Shown here: positions 1-12,099 of the stretch, in pieces
Layout: each line of letters starts with the position of its first letter
Numbering within the stretch: the stretch's first letter is position 1
Source of the DNA: Lama glama
Lineage: Eukaryota
Assembly (NCBI GenBank): GCA_028534125.1
Contig: CM052817.1
Coordinates: 14,262,001 to 14,326,000, forward strand
Length of the DNA: 64,000 nt
Reading direction: 5' to 3'
The notes under the pieces: model-generated
Told to the model about the DNA's origin: nothing
The model's database searches: none
What the model saw: the letters and a program-made list of their open reading frames with translations, nothing else
Program-made: the position numbers and the translations under genes

Positions 1-689
1 AACAATAGCCTCAGACTTTAAAATACATTTCAAAACATACTAAGTAATTGTTCCGTCTTTTCTTAGTAACTAAATTCAGTTCCAGAGAAGTGAGAATGAA
101 GAGAAATAATACTCATTGTTACCTATTGTATTCTTTATGGCTACTCTGAAGGTCTGCATCTTTGAATTTATACTCATAGTAGCCCTAAAATATTTAATCC
201 TCCCCAGAGTCAACCTAGCTATTTAACAGCAGGCTAGAGTCAAGCCAGCACTGCATCCAAAGCCAGAGCTCAGGAGCATGGTCCCACTCAGTGGTACCTC
301 CCAGAGCTCACCTCTAGGAAGGCTCCTTCCTCTGTTCCCCTGGTTTCACTACAGCGTTGATCCGGGACTTCCTGCCTTGGCGATTATTGCCTCAATGTAG
401 TCACCTCTCAAGGTGTAGTCAAGGCAAGGAGAACACCGGTGTTGAAAAGTTATAGCTCATCCACTGGATTCTGCCCAGTCTCTGAGCATGACCAGGGTTC
501 AAATCATATGACAGTACACGGGAGAAATCAAATTGAAACAAAAAGTTTTAAAACACCTACCTCCAAATACTCCCAAAACACCACTCTTCTATTTCTATTC
601 TATTTCTACACAATTTCACTTAACCAAAAATACTAAAATCTATATGGATATTAACGATAACATGTTTTAAAAGAAAATGGTTAACTTCC

Positions 690-942
690 AACAGCTATGC
701 CCTCTCCAGTGATCCAGGGGTCTCAGCCCTGAGAGGGAGGATGCGGCTTCCCTTGGGTACGCTTATCGCCAGGGACAATGGCCGCTCCTTATAACTGCAA
801 TGCACATACTCTCTGTAGTTTTCTTTATTTTTCTTATGAGTCAGTCCTGATTTTTACATCAATCTTGTTATAACAAATAATTAAATTCCCCAGTTCAAAT
901 TACTGGGTAGTTTCTGTTTCCTGAGTGAACCTTGATCGATAC
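690..942 (+). mobile_element. Old ERVL-class LTR, 3' portion
   Basis: Ends in TAAATTCCCCAGTTCAAATTACTGGGTAGTTTCTGTTTCCTGAGTGAACCTTGATCGATAC, resembling the conserved 3' terminus of ancient ERVL LTRs (GTTTCTGTTTCCTGACTGGACCCTGACTGATACA). 5' boundary uncertain. Confidence 0.5.
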
Positions 943-981
943 ACACAGTAAACTGACTTTGGGAAACAGAAGTCTGAATAA

Positions 982-1044
982 ACACACACACACACACACA
1001 CGTGCACGCGCGCAGACACACACACGTGCACGCACGCACGCACG
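982..1044. repeat. Compound (CA)n/(CG)/(CACG)n alternating purine-pyrimidine microsatellite
   Basis: ACACACACACACACACACACGTGCACGCGCGCAGACACACACACGTGCACGCACGCACGCACG seen directly. Confidence 0.95.
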
Positions 1045-2719
1045 GTTTTTACTGGGGGATTTCCCAAAGACTCTAAAAGTACATCAATATACATTATAAA
1101 TTTTTAAAATGATAAATTATGCACAGAATTTCACAAACTTCTATTGGTACAGACACTCCCCACCATACACACACACCAGGTAGTGTTCTGTGGGGCATCT
1201 CTGGGGACACATCTGGGGGTTTGAACCCACAGTACAGCTGAATATTAAGTGGTAGGAACCTGAAACCAACGCATGTTCATGGCAAACAGCAAGTATAGTT
1301 TTTATAAGTTTTTACATGCCAGTAGGTCAACGATTTTTCTTTTTATTAGTTTTATCAAAGAGCTATAGAATAATGTTTTCCACATTTTCCTGCCCTTGAC
1401 TACCTGAGACAACACCTGCTCATGAATATCCATGTATCTCAACAGCCAGGAGAGCAGGAGTTCTCAGTCAAGAGAGTGGAGGCGGGACAACCTCTCCGGG
1501 GGCGCAGTAATACCTTGAGAACGGAGAGAAGGGGGAGATTTTATTTCATAGTCTCCATTTGATAACTCCTGATCCAGAACGTTTGGGCTTTCCCATAAAT
1601 GTGTATGACATCCATGGGAAGTTGCAGACATAATCAGATTTTTGACTCTTTGCAGCTTGAGACGGAATCACTTGGGAAAAGACCTGGCAGAGGGCTCTGC
1701 TTTTAGAAATGTATGACTTACGTAATACGTGTCAGACGCTATCAAAATCCGGGGCTCTGACATGCTGCAGGACAGAGCGCTGGTGGAAGCTATTACTACC
1801 TTTTATGTATATACGCCAAAATATTGTTAAGGAAATGTAATTATCAGCAGAGAGGTTCATTTATCCAAATTATTCTGGGCTACCAAAGAAGCTTGACATG
1901 TAAACAATTTAGACAAAGATTCTAATAATCTAGCTATACCAAGGATCTGCAATTTGTCACACGGTGCCCTCTGAGTCACAGCCTGGCGTCTTTGAAGTAT
2001 GATTCCAGCTGGATGTACACTGGGAAGACAACTTGAAGCCAGTGTAAAGGTACTGAGTTAATCAAGGTTAAAAACAAAAGCAGTAAGACAATGAGGTTTT
2101 CACCTACTAATTCCAAAATAGAACACAATGGCCTTCTTATAATAAAGATACAGCAAACTCATTAAAATGGAAATTGTAGAAGATATGTACGGAGCTTCAG
2201 AAAGTCATTTTGAGTTCATTTTACTTGGTATTTGAGGTAGAAGTAAAACAGTCAAAACTTAAATGTTTTGGTCACTATGATATGACCAGTAATGCGTTAG
2301 GTTAAAGGGATATGAATAAAGCATAAGACACAATTGCTGTTTTTAATAACACCTCACTGGGGAGATGCAAAAATTTAAAGTGGTTATATACAGATTATTT
2401 ACATAAGAAAATGTCAGAATAAAACTCCAAAAGAACAACAGAATTTTCTAATGCTACAGTCTAGGTCTTGAGCACACATTTACCTTGAGATGTTTTCTAG
2501 AGAAACTGGCATTCACCCAAGGAGCAAAGCCAGGCTTGAAGATACTGCTTTTAAACAGCTGAGGATGTACAGGTAGGGAGAGTTTAACATCGGAGCAATT
2601 GTGTGGAGTGGCTCTTTCTTAATAAAATGAAATGACGTGGCCCCTGCAAATTAGGGTCAGTGGAAAAGAAACCGCTGATCTGCTTACTTCGTGAAAACTC
2701 TGTCTGGGTGAATCCATTA

Positions 2720-2930
2720 TCTCAACTAGCACGTACAGACTTTCTTCTGTGTTCCAAGCACCATGTCAAGCACAGAGCATTCATTCCACAGTGAGACAGG
2801 GCCCTTTGCCTTGAGGAGCTCACTGTCCAGTGGAGAACACAGATGGGTAAATGAATAATTAAAATAAATCTGATAAAAGCAGTAAGGGGAACAAGTATAG
2901 AGTGTTGCGTGAGTACAGAGGAAAAGAAGG
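2720..2930 (-). mobile_element. L2 LINE 3' fragment (continues ~3380-3440 after the nested MER63B)
   Basis: CTGTGTTCCAAGCACCATG...GCCTTGAGGAGCTCACTGTCCAGTGGAGAACACAGA resembles the antisense L2 3' end. Confidence 0.65.
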
Positions 2931-2933
2931 CAC

Positions 2934-3371
2934 CAAAGGGTGTGCTGGAACCAGTCCCTGAGCGCTTGTGAGAGCCAACTACAGGATTTTCAGGAATTTT
3001 GTAAGCTAGTCACTAAAACCAGCCATTATTAAAAATTAAATTAGTCAAACTTTCAATTAAATAAATTCAATTTAAAACAAAGTTTATAAATACTTGAAAC
3101 TCAATCTCTTCCTAATTATTTCATTACATCTGATTATTATCTGGGCACTTGAACTCACGTAGTTCTATAGCGCGGATGGGATGGAGATGCCATATGATGG
3201 TGTGCTGTCAGGCATCTATTACCAACTTTGTGCAGCGGCATCAGGTTGGTAGCGTGAAGTTGGCCATGGCGGGAGTATTCACACCAGGGAATTCAACAAA
3301 TGGTACCAAACAGAGTTGTTGTTGTTTTTTCCGGCCCACAGATAACCAATTATTAAACATGGATACCACTG
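2934..3371 (+). mobile_element. MER63B-like hAT-Blackjack non-autonomous DNA transposon, near full length
   Basis: Starts GGGTGTGCTGGAACCAG and ends ACCACTG (degenerate TIRs). Internal TTTTCAGGAATTTTG, AGCCATTATTAAAAATTAAATT and GGCCATGGCGGGAGTATTCACACCA match the MER63 consensus as I recall it; ~437 bp. Confidence 0.85.
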
Positions 3372-3554
3372 AGTACATCTAACGTAGGCCCCTACCTAGT
3401 CATGGTCAAGGGGAGATTCCTGGAGAAAGGGAAAGTAAAGTAAATTCATCTCACACAGAATGATGACCAGCCCGCACATGTAAAGGTCTAAGCTAGAAAC
3501 GTCTCTGAAGTTGTCCTAGCTTCTCTCATCCTATCTCCCCAAACCTAATTACTT

Positions 3555-3961
3555 GTTACCATAGTGATCAAGAGTCATTCATCTAACACTAGTTCTTACT
3601 TCCAGAGCCCCTATAGGATTACGTTTTGCAGCCCCCTTGAAGTTGAGCACGGCCAAACGACTAGACCTTGCCAATAGGATGTGTACAGAAGTGAAATGGG
3701 TCCTTTCCAGATTGAAGCTTTCAGAGACAGTGTGTGATCTGCCCTGTTCATTTGACCCTGATGTGGAGACATGGAAGCAGTCACTCTAAGTGCCTGAATG
3801 ACTTTGAGGAGCAAAGAATATCTGAATGTCCCTCTCTAAATTCCCACTTGAAATAATTGAATATATTGCATGAGAAATAAACTTTTGTTGCTTTAAACCG
3901 CTGATAACACTTGCAGGTTATTCATCATTCCAGCATAACTCGAATCATCCTGACTCATACC
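3555..3961 (+). mobile_element. MaLR solo LTR, MLT1I/J-like
   Basis: CCCCCTTGAAGTTGAGCACGGCCA...GCCAATAGGATGTG...AGAAATAAACTTTTGTTGCTTTAAACCGCTGA...CAGCATAAC...CCTGACTCATAC are typical MLT1 motifs. Confidence 0.8.
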
Positions 3962-3984
3962 ACTGCCGAGTATCATGGATTCTT

Positions 3985-4590
3985 TGAAATAATTCCTCCA
4001 CAGGTTGTGCCTCTGTTCACACCGCTGTTAATCTCTCACCTGAACCACTACAATAGCCACCTAACTTCCCTTCTTGCCACCGGTCTCAGCATCCTTCAGT
4101 CTGTCCTGCACATCAGAGAGTTAGGTGCCCCAAACACTGTTCTATGTACACATCTTTAAAATAGTCTCATTTTATGCAAGATAAATCTAAACAGTTGAAA
4201 ATGGTATACTCAAAAAGTCCTCATGATCTGTATCCTGATAGTCATGTCCTGATCACACAAAGCTAATCAGATTCCCAGACAAGCTTCCTGGCAACAGAAC
4301 ACTCAAACCTTGGTCCTTGACATGCTCGTCTCAGTTCCTCCTCTTGACAAACTGATGCTCATACATCCAGTACCAGTTATCATGTCACTTCATGTGTGAA
4401 ACCTCAAGCAAACTGGGTGCCTCTTCTGTATTTTTCAAAGGCACTTTGTTTACACTTCTATGATAGCAATGATACGACACTCTAAACAATTCTGCGTATT
4501 TCTCTATCTAGACTCTGCTTTCTGGGGCCGGGTTTTGAATCCCCAGCGCTTGACACACAGCGCTTGTTAAAAGCCTGCAAGAAACAAATA
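3985..4590 (+). mobile_element. L2 LINE fragments
   Basis: ATCTCTCACCTGAACCACTACAATAGCCACCTAACT...CAGTCTGTCCTGCACA, and 3'-end-like CCCCAGCGCTTGACACACAG. Confidence 0.65.
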
Positions 4591-6042
4591 TGAGGAACTA
4601 ATCTTTGATTTACTAAACATGAACTAGAGCAGAACTTCCCTTTTGGTTTTCTTGATGCTGATTTTAATTAAGATTGTATCTCAGACTCCTGCCAGAGGTA
4701 GGAAAAAAAGTTTAATCATTCACTCCAATCCCTTCACTTGACGGACAGAAACCAAGGTCCACAGATGTCTGGTGAGCTGTGGCCAAGTTAGTAACAAATC
4801 CCAAGGGTTTCTCAGGCTGAGGACTTGGCATTTACCTACCTGGAGTGTCATGTCATAGTAAAGAGGTTATCCTCACGTGCACAAATCGAAAGTCCACATT
4901 CTCACCTCTCACGCCTGAGAAAAATAGTCATTCTTTTGCTAATATTTCTCAATTTGTTTTCATAATCCATGCTTCCATACATTGATCTCAGCTAAAATAC
5001 TTCTTGAAGTGGCCACCCAATGAAAAGGGAAAGCAATTTAAGGTAAATTTTATAATTTCTGAACCTGAAGAGACCAGAAAAATCAATATGATTTAATGAA
5101 GGCCACGTAGCCAACATTTAATTAAGGCCATAGTAGCCAACACAAGATTACACTCAAATTTCTCAATGCCAAGACAAGGTTTCTTCCTCCTATAAAAAGC
5201 AGGATTTTATTTTGAGTAACAGCAAAGGTTCCCATTTCTGTTGCTTACAGTAAAGAATACAAGCGACATAAATAAAGTTTTCTTATGTAAATACAAATAA
5301 AAAGGAAGAAAATGAAGAAAACTACTCTATAAAATCTAAATATCAAAATTAATAAAAGGCTAAAAAGGCTTTGAAAGTTAAATCAAACAACTGTATTAAT
5401 ATTTTAGAAGGCATAGGTAAGTATATTCACAAAAACAATTTAAGGAATATAAAAAAAGGAGAGAAGAAAAACATGTTATGTTATTTGAAATCTGTTTGTG
5501 ATTTTATTTTTCCTTCTACAACCCACTCAGAGGATTTTAAAAGAAAACCTTATGCAATTAAGATGATCACTTCAGATGAAACAGGAGAGGCAGAGGAATT
5601 CAAGCTATCTAAATGAAATGGACCATCCACTCTAGGCAATTAGGCGAGAGGTAAGAATAAAAGTCTCTAGTTAGCTACATGTTAGAAATAAATGGAAAAC
5701 TACTGATTTAATAATTAACCGAAACAAAACAGCTCTCAGTCTTCTAAAAGGAGTCCTTCAAACAAAATCTTTTAATTGCTAAGAGGCATCACTGTACAGA
5801 TTTAATAGCATTGCTCTGGATTTGTGCTTCACTGATGTTTGAACAATTAAGAATGTATTTTAGCTTTACACGTGCCCTGCTTTTCAAAGTAGTTCTGGTC
5901 AAATTAATGCAAGCTTTGACCCTGTTGTCTCTAATTTTTATTTCTCTAATAACTCTACCCATTTTTAAAAAAAATTTGTTTTTGTGGATACTCTATTAGA
6001 TCAAAAAATGCTCTTCTATTATTTCTTTTGACACTTTTAAAA

Positions 6043-6497
6043 ATTATTTTTATTGTGGTAAGAATATTAAATGTGAGATTTTTAAGTGTACAACACAGTC
6101 TTGTTAACTACAGATTATTATAACAATGTTGTAAAGAAGATTTCTATAAATTTCTCATTTGCATAATTGAAACTTTATACCTGCTGACTATTTCCCCTCC
6201 CTCCAGCCCCTGACAGCCACCATTCTACTCTCTCTCCCTACAAGGCTGAGTATTTTAGATGCCTCATGTAAGAGGAATCATGAGGTGACTGGCTTCTTTC
6301 TTTTAGTTCCCAGGTTCATCCATGCTGTCACGTCTTGCAATATTTCATTCTTTCAAAGGACAGTAATATTTCATTGTTTGTGTACATCACGTTTTCTTTA
6401 TCCACTCATCTATCAATGGACATTTAGTTTGTTTCCGCGTCTTGGCTATGGCGAATAGTGCTGCAGTGAACATGAGTGCTGTTACCTCTTTGAGAAA
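6043..6497 (-). mobile_element. L1MA/L1MB-type L1 3' UTR and end of ORF2
   Basis: TTTTTATTGTGGTAAGAA...TTTTAAGTGTACAACACAG...CCACCATTCTACTCTCT...CCACTCATCTATCAATGGACATTTAG is an antisense L1M 3' end. Confidence 0.9.
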
Positions 6498-6751
6498 GTA
6501 AACCAGCAACAGAGTGAAAAGGCAACATATAGAGTGGGAGAAAATATTTGCAAGTCATATATCTAATAAGGAAGGAGTTGATCTGAAAAATATCTAAGGA
6601 ACTCCTATAACTTATGCTTTAAATAACCCAAGTAAAATATGGGCTAAGGACTTGAACAGACATTTCTCCAAGGAAGACACACAAATGGTTAACAGTTACA
6701 AGAAAAGATGCTCAATGTCAGTAATCCTCAAGGAAGTTAAATCAAAACCAC
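6498..6751 (+). mobile_element. L1 ORF2 C-terminal fragment, inverted relative to the adjacent L1 3' end
   Basis: AACAGAGTGAAAAGGCAAC...GGGAGAAAATATTTGCAA; the ORF track gives NRHFSKEDTQMVN, matching the L1 ORF2 motif NRHFSKEDIQMAN. Confidence 0.9.
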
Positions 6752-8959
6752 TGGAACCCACGCCCACTCATTCTTCATGGTTAGTCAAATCCAGTTTATC
6801 TGTCATGATGCTTTTCCACATATCAAAATCAGCCCTGTGATTCCCCATCGTCCTGCCTTTCTCCTCAATTTCCAGAAGAATTTATCACCTAGGTTGCTTA
6901 ATTGGGACAGTAATTTGTAGTCAACAGCTCTAGAAATGTGGACATACATGATGATCTGTCACTAAATAAAAAAGGAAGAATCAAGGGGCTTGGAGAATAG
7001 AAATATCATGTCACCTTGGTGTTATTGAATAAGACAATTAAAAAGTACAAATGACTTTGATTCAGTTGGATTAAACTCATAGTGAATCTTAGGCTACACA
7101 TTTCAATAAGAAATGATGAGGCAGTAGAAGACTGTTGACCCAGGTACTTTAGACACACGGAGCACTAGACGACTCACCTTGCTCAGAAAGGAAAGGCAGG
7201 GTAAGAATATATACACAGAGTTACACAACTTAAGTTTAATTTGCTCATCATAGAAAAGCAAATGTCTAAGTCTGTTTTCTAAACTGAGAAAAGAGCTTTC
7301 CTGTGATATTCAGAAGTGTGTTTTAATAATCTCCCAAGAACTATTAATGTATAAACCCTAAGACCATGAATCTTTGTTATAGGAAAACAAACTAAAATTC
7401 ATGTTTGGTATAAAGAATTGTATCAATTCATTTTAAGATATATATTGTGTTTACTATATAAGAGGATCAATTTTATCACCAATTTGTGATCATTGCTCTT
7501 TGACAATGGTCTTTTTCTAATCACAATCTGATTAACATCCAGTATATGTAAAGTGTGCATTCTCATAGTATTTTAGAGACTGAATGGAATTAAGAAAGGA
7601 AAGAAGTTAAGTCAAATTTGTCAAAGGAAACAATCCTAGTCAGGAAGTGACAGAGCAAGAACTTGAACCCATGTTAGCCTGGATCAAAATGGCATTCTTA
7701 ATATACTACTTTACTCTTGGGTTTGCGATGTATTTTTTTTTCACCTCCCCTCGATTCCACAAGATTTTAAAGCGCCCTAAAATTTATGTCAAATATATAT
7801 TACAATAAAAATTTTCTGTAATTGCCTTTAATATAAAATATAAACTTTAAAAGCTATCTTCAAGGTTTGAAAATGGAATCAATGTTTCAAAAAGGACAAT
7901 TTTTCAAGCTTACAGCTTTAGGATTGTTTCATCTCTATTTTTCTCAAAATAATTTAGACAAAATTATTTACAGAATAGTTGTAAGAAAGTATCAGGAAAA
8001 TTTATATGGAAAAATTTGCTTGCCAAAGACATATATGACAGCTTATAATTGTTTCAAATGAATCTCTATATTATAAAAGAACTAATGTTTCCATGAAATA
8101 AATGAATTACATCTGCATAGAAACCTCCCACTGCTGCTCACATCATTATGACCTGTGAAAAAAACTATACCTGTTAAAATACGGTTGTGTCCAAAAATGT
8201 TTTTCTTTTTGTCTTGACTGGCTCCTTTGAAGTAGATCCTTTATGTCAAAGCCAATTTTGTTTCTCTCATTAAAATCTAACTAGCATTATGATAAAGGAG
8301 AGAAAAAAAAAAGGAACAGACAAAAATCTCAAACAAAAGTATCCAACGGTTGATTCATAGCAAAAGCAAAAATGGTATCTACAAGGAAGCAGGGATTTCT
8401 GATTTAATTTGCTTTCATAGTCATTCAGTCATTAAATAGTTTTAATCTCTGCATATGGGTTTAGTCCAAGAGTGTCTAAAATTATAGATGACATTGCATA
8501 CACTTGAGTAACCACAGGCAAATTTTCAAATACTCAAGGCTATATATGTATATAATATCACTCATGTTATATATAATATATACATCATATACACACATAT
8601 GTATATACACATTCATATACACAAGTATTCACATACATGGTAATACTTTTTAAATGATTAAATGTTTACATATACTAAGCAAGTATACAAAATCATTATA
8701 TTCTATAGAAGCGATGGTTGAGCTACTTAAAGCAAAGAAGTATTTTCACAGACCTACCATTCTTCCTTCCTTACTCCTTCCTTCCCTGCCATCTTCCTTC
8801 ACTCTACTTTCTATCCATTTCTTCCTTCTTTCCTTCCACAAAAAATTATTAATCATATCACATATGCTGAGAACTGGTACGTATGTGAGGCCCAATGGTG
8901 AATAATTACAGAGGGACCCTACCTTCATGAAGCTGTCATTTTACTGGATGTACATTTGT

Positions 8960-9190
8960 TTAAAGATAAAAATCACAGGATTTTAAACCAGATAGACCTT
9001 CATTCAGATCATTATGATATCACGTATGCACCTTCAGGAAATTACTCAAGTTCACTGTGTTTCCATTTTCTCGAGGGAAAATGGAAGTAATGTTAAACTC
9101 ATCATATATCTTGTGGATTAAATAAAATAAGGAATGAATAGAGTGGAGAATCTGACATATAGCGGATACTCAGTAAGTGTTACATATCTG
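8960..9190 (+). mobile_element. MIR SINE
   Basis: CTGTGTTTCCATTTTCTCG...AAAATGGAAGTAATG...GTGGATTAAATAAAATAA...ACTCAGTAAGTGTTA. Confidence 0.65.
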
Positions 9191-10145
9191 TTTTCCTTAC
9201 ACACATTAATTTGCTATTAAATCTGAGCTTCACTGTTGCAGGTTTGCAAATAGCCAAAAAAAAAAAAAAAGGAAAGAAAATATGCTCAGAGTTTTACATT
9301 GCTCTAAAATAAACATTTTAATCAGAAGAGGTACGTAAGGAACAGTGACTGAAAAATTATGTTTGCTATTACCAAAGAGAGAGAGAGATTTGAGTGGCAA
9401 CAACAAAGAAAGGCAGTGTAGAAAATAAATTTAGCCCATGTGGGCATCAATGTGACAGTTAAAAGGTGACCAGTACATCCATTCTTGTTCACACAAGTAA
9501 GATCATTCCGTAATACAGTTTTGTAACATTCTGAATCTCAATTTTATTTTCACCACTTTTAGGTAGGAGATGCTTTCATTCACTGGGAAGGCAGCTATAG
9601 CAAGTAGGCCTCCAACCAAGGTGGGCAATACTCTTTGTTTCCATGAAATAAATTAATACATGAAAAGGTAGATGGGCTGGAGACAGAAGTAGGTCTGCAG
9701 CTACAGTAGAATGATGGAAGCAATTAACAGAATGGATTGTCATACCAGGAAATTACCACCCAGGGACACATTGAATATTCCAGAAATCCACGGCATGCCC
9801 TGCTTCTCCCTCATCTTGAGAAATCCTTCCTCACTGGGATGGAGTGGATGATTCTAAGTGAGATTTGAAAGCAGTGAGCTAGAACAGAATCCAGCCTTCT
9901 TTACCTCCTAAGCCTCATCACTGCTTGCTATAAAATTCTAGAAACTCTAACTCAATCCAGACTGTCACCCTATTATCTTAGTTTTAAATGGACCATTTTA
10001 CAAAAGCAATGGACAAGGATAGGTACCAATCTGTTGGTTAGAAGAAAAGCACTTTGAAAACTCTGGTTTTTAACATGTAAAATCAACCCCAATTTAAAGG
10101 CACCTTAGAGAAAACTAATGTTTTTTCTCCATAAATAAGAAACTC

Positions 10146-10279
10146 TTTTTTTTTCTTACATTTTTTTATTGAGTTATAGTCATATTACAATGTTGTGTCA
10201 AATTCCAGTGTAGAGCACAATTTTTCGGTTATACGTGAATACACATATATTCATTGTCACATTTCTTTTTGCTGTGAGC
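10146..10279 (-). mobile_element. Camelid-type L1 3' end, 5'-truncated (~135 bp)
   Basis: T-rich tail then TTTATTGAGTTATAGTC...ACAATGTTGTGTCAAATTCCAGTGTAGAGCACAATTTTTC; same family as 63076-63255 in the opposite orientation. Confidence 0.85.
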
Positions 10280-12099
10280 TCAAGTGGAATATTGAAATGC
10301 CATTATTGTATCTAATAAAAATATTAAGGAAAAGGCAGATGATTTTGCAGAGTTGTACAAAAATGATAGTTTCAATGTGTCTTTGTTGTCCAACCAACCA
10401 CTACACAGGAGGGGGCACCCCCTGACTGGGACCGTCCTGTGTTGCAGATGGTTGTTCCAAACAGTTAGGTCAGGCCCTTGAGCATGAAAAACAAACAGTT
10501 AATTCCACTCAGACTGATTCCATGTTTGCCGGGCAAATTTCTTGAGTATGAGTTGGCTCCCTATGTGTATGTTCTACCGTGCAGAAAGGAGACAGGTTGA
10601 TGGAAAACTGTGATATCTGACAATTATATTTCTCACTGTAAAGTAAGAAATTGGTATTCTACCCTGTCTTCCTTAGTCTCCTGAGAGTTTTCTAAAAATG
10701 AATCAGAATCCCCAAGTCCAGCTGAGAAGATGAAACTAAGGTACGTGAGAGTTAGGGCCAAACACAAACACACTGGTTAAGTCTGCCAAGATAATGGTGT
10801 ACAAATCATTCCTCAAAGCACTGAGGGACACACAAATATACATCCAGACTCAATTCCTCCTCTCAAGTTGTTTTCAAACCAGAGACAGAGAGGCTGTTAA
10901 TAAGACACCACTAAACCTCCAATCACGTGAGGTTAGGGTATGACTTTAATAGTAAACATTTTGTAGAACTATGCACATTAAAGTTGATGATAAATCTAAT
11001 AATGACTATGATCATTAAATTACACAATGTTATATGTCAAATATATCTGAATTTCTTTTCAAGTAAAGGAAATATATATTTTTTCCCTCTTCAGAGAGGG
11101 CCATTCAAATCCTTATTTAAGGTAATTTTGCAGACTGTATTTTTTTACTATTTAGCATCAACATAAGGTAGTTCAACTTAGGAGAAATTCCAGAATGGTC
11201 AGAAAATTCTATCTCACAAGTCAAAACAGTTTTACATTTTGAAAGGAACGTCACCAACAAAGAGAAGACAAACAGTGCCTTTAAGAGATGGCTTTTTTAA
11301 TGGGCCCGAGAGCAAAACTAAATGAAATAAACATAGAGCTACAGAAAAGAGAGAGATTTTTAAATAAGTTCTAGAAGGATCTTCTGAGGAAAAAAAAGAA
11401 AAGAAAAAGCAGAAATTTTGAATAATATGATTCATAAAAGAAGACTTTAAATTTTGTCATAGCACAAGAATCAGAAGTAAAAACAAGGAAAAATAGAAGG
11501 GAATGTTTCTTTCATCTTACAAGACAAGTCCTTCCCTTGAAATAAGATATCAGTAGCATTTCAAGGACATTGGGCAGATTTCAGAGAGCTGTAGCCATTC
11601 TCCACTCTGAGGTTCTTTGTCTTTATAACTGTTGATCTTCACAGAATTGAAGATTAAAAAAAAAAATGAGGTTATTGTTCCATTGGATAATGCAGGTTTT
11701 CAAAATGAAGTAAAAGCCACCGAAAATAACTGCTATCTTAAATGGGTCATTTCAAATAAAAATGACTGGGTACTGGGCAGGGCATAAAAATCGTAAAGAA
11801 AGCTTTGCTCTGTAGATTTGAAATTCACCTACTTTTGTGAGTCTGCATTCTCAAACATGGAGAACAGTTTTATCATACAGGTCAACAGAAAGACTAACAA
11901 AAAATAGAACTGACAGAGCATCAAATCTTTTAAGGGAGAAGGACTTTCTAAGTTTTGAAGTACAAGGAAGAAAAGCACAAAGAAAAAGATGAATAATTGT
12001 GGGAAAACAGTAAATATACTGGTGTTGTAAAAAAAAAAAAGAAAATATGACAAAGGTAAATAATCACTGTGTAAAAATGCAAAAAAGGAAACATTAAGT

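Noticed and set aside
1718..1725. PAR-bZIP/NFIL3 palindrome TTACGTAA
   Set aside because: The 8-mer and its TTATGTAA variant recur several times in this AT-rich window (e.g. 13386, 5283), as expected by chance
5091..5141. ~25-bp imperfect tandem duplication (ATTTAATGAAGGCCACGTAGCCAAC)
   Set aside because: Ordinary local slippage duplication within probable MIR-like sequence
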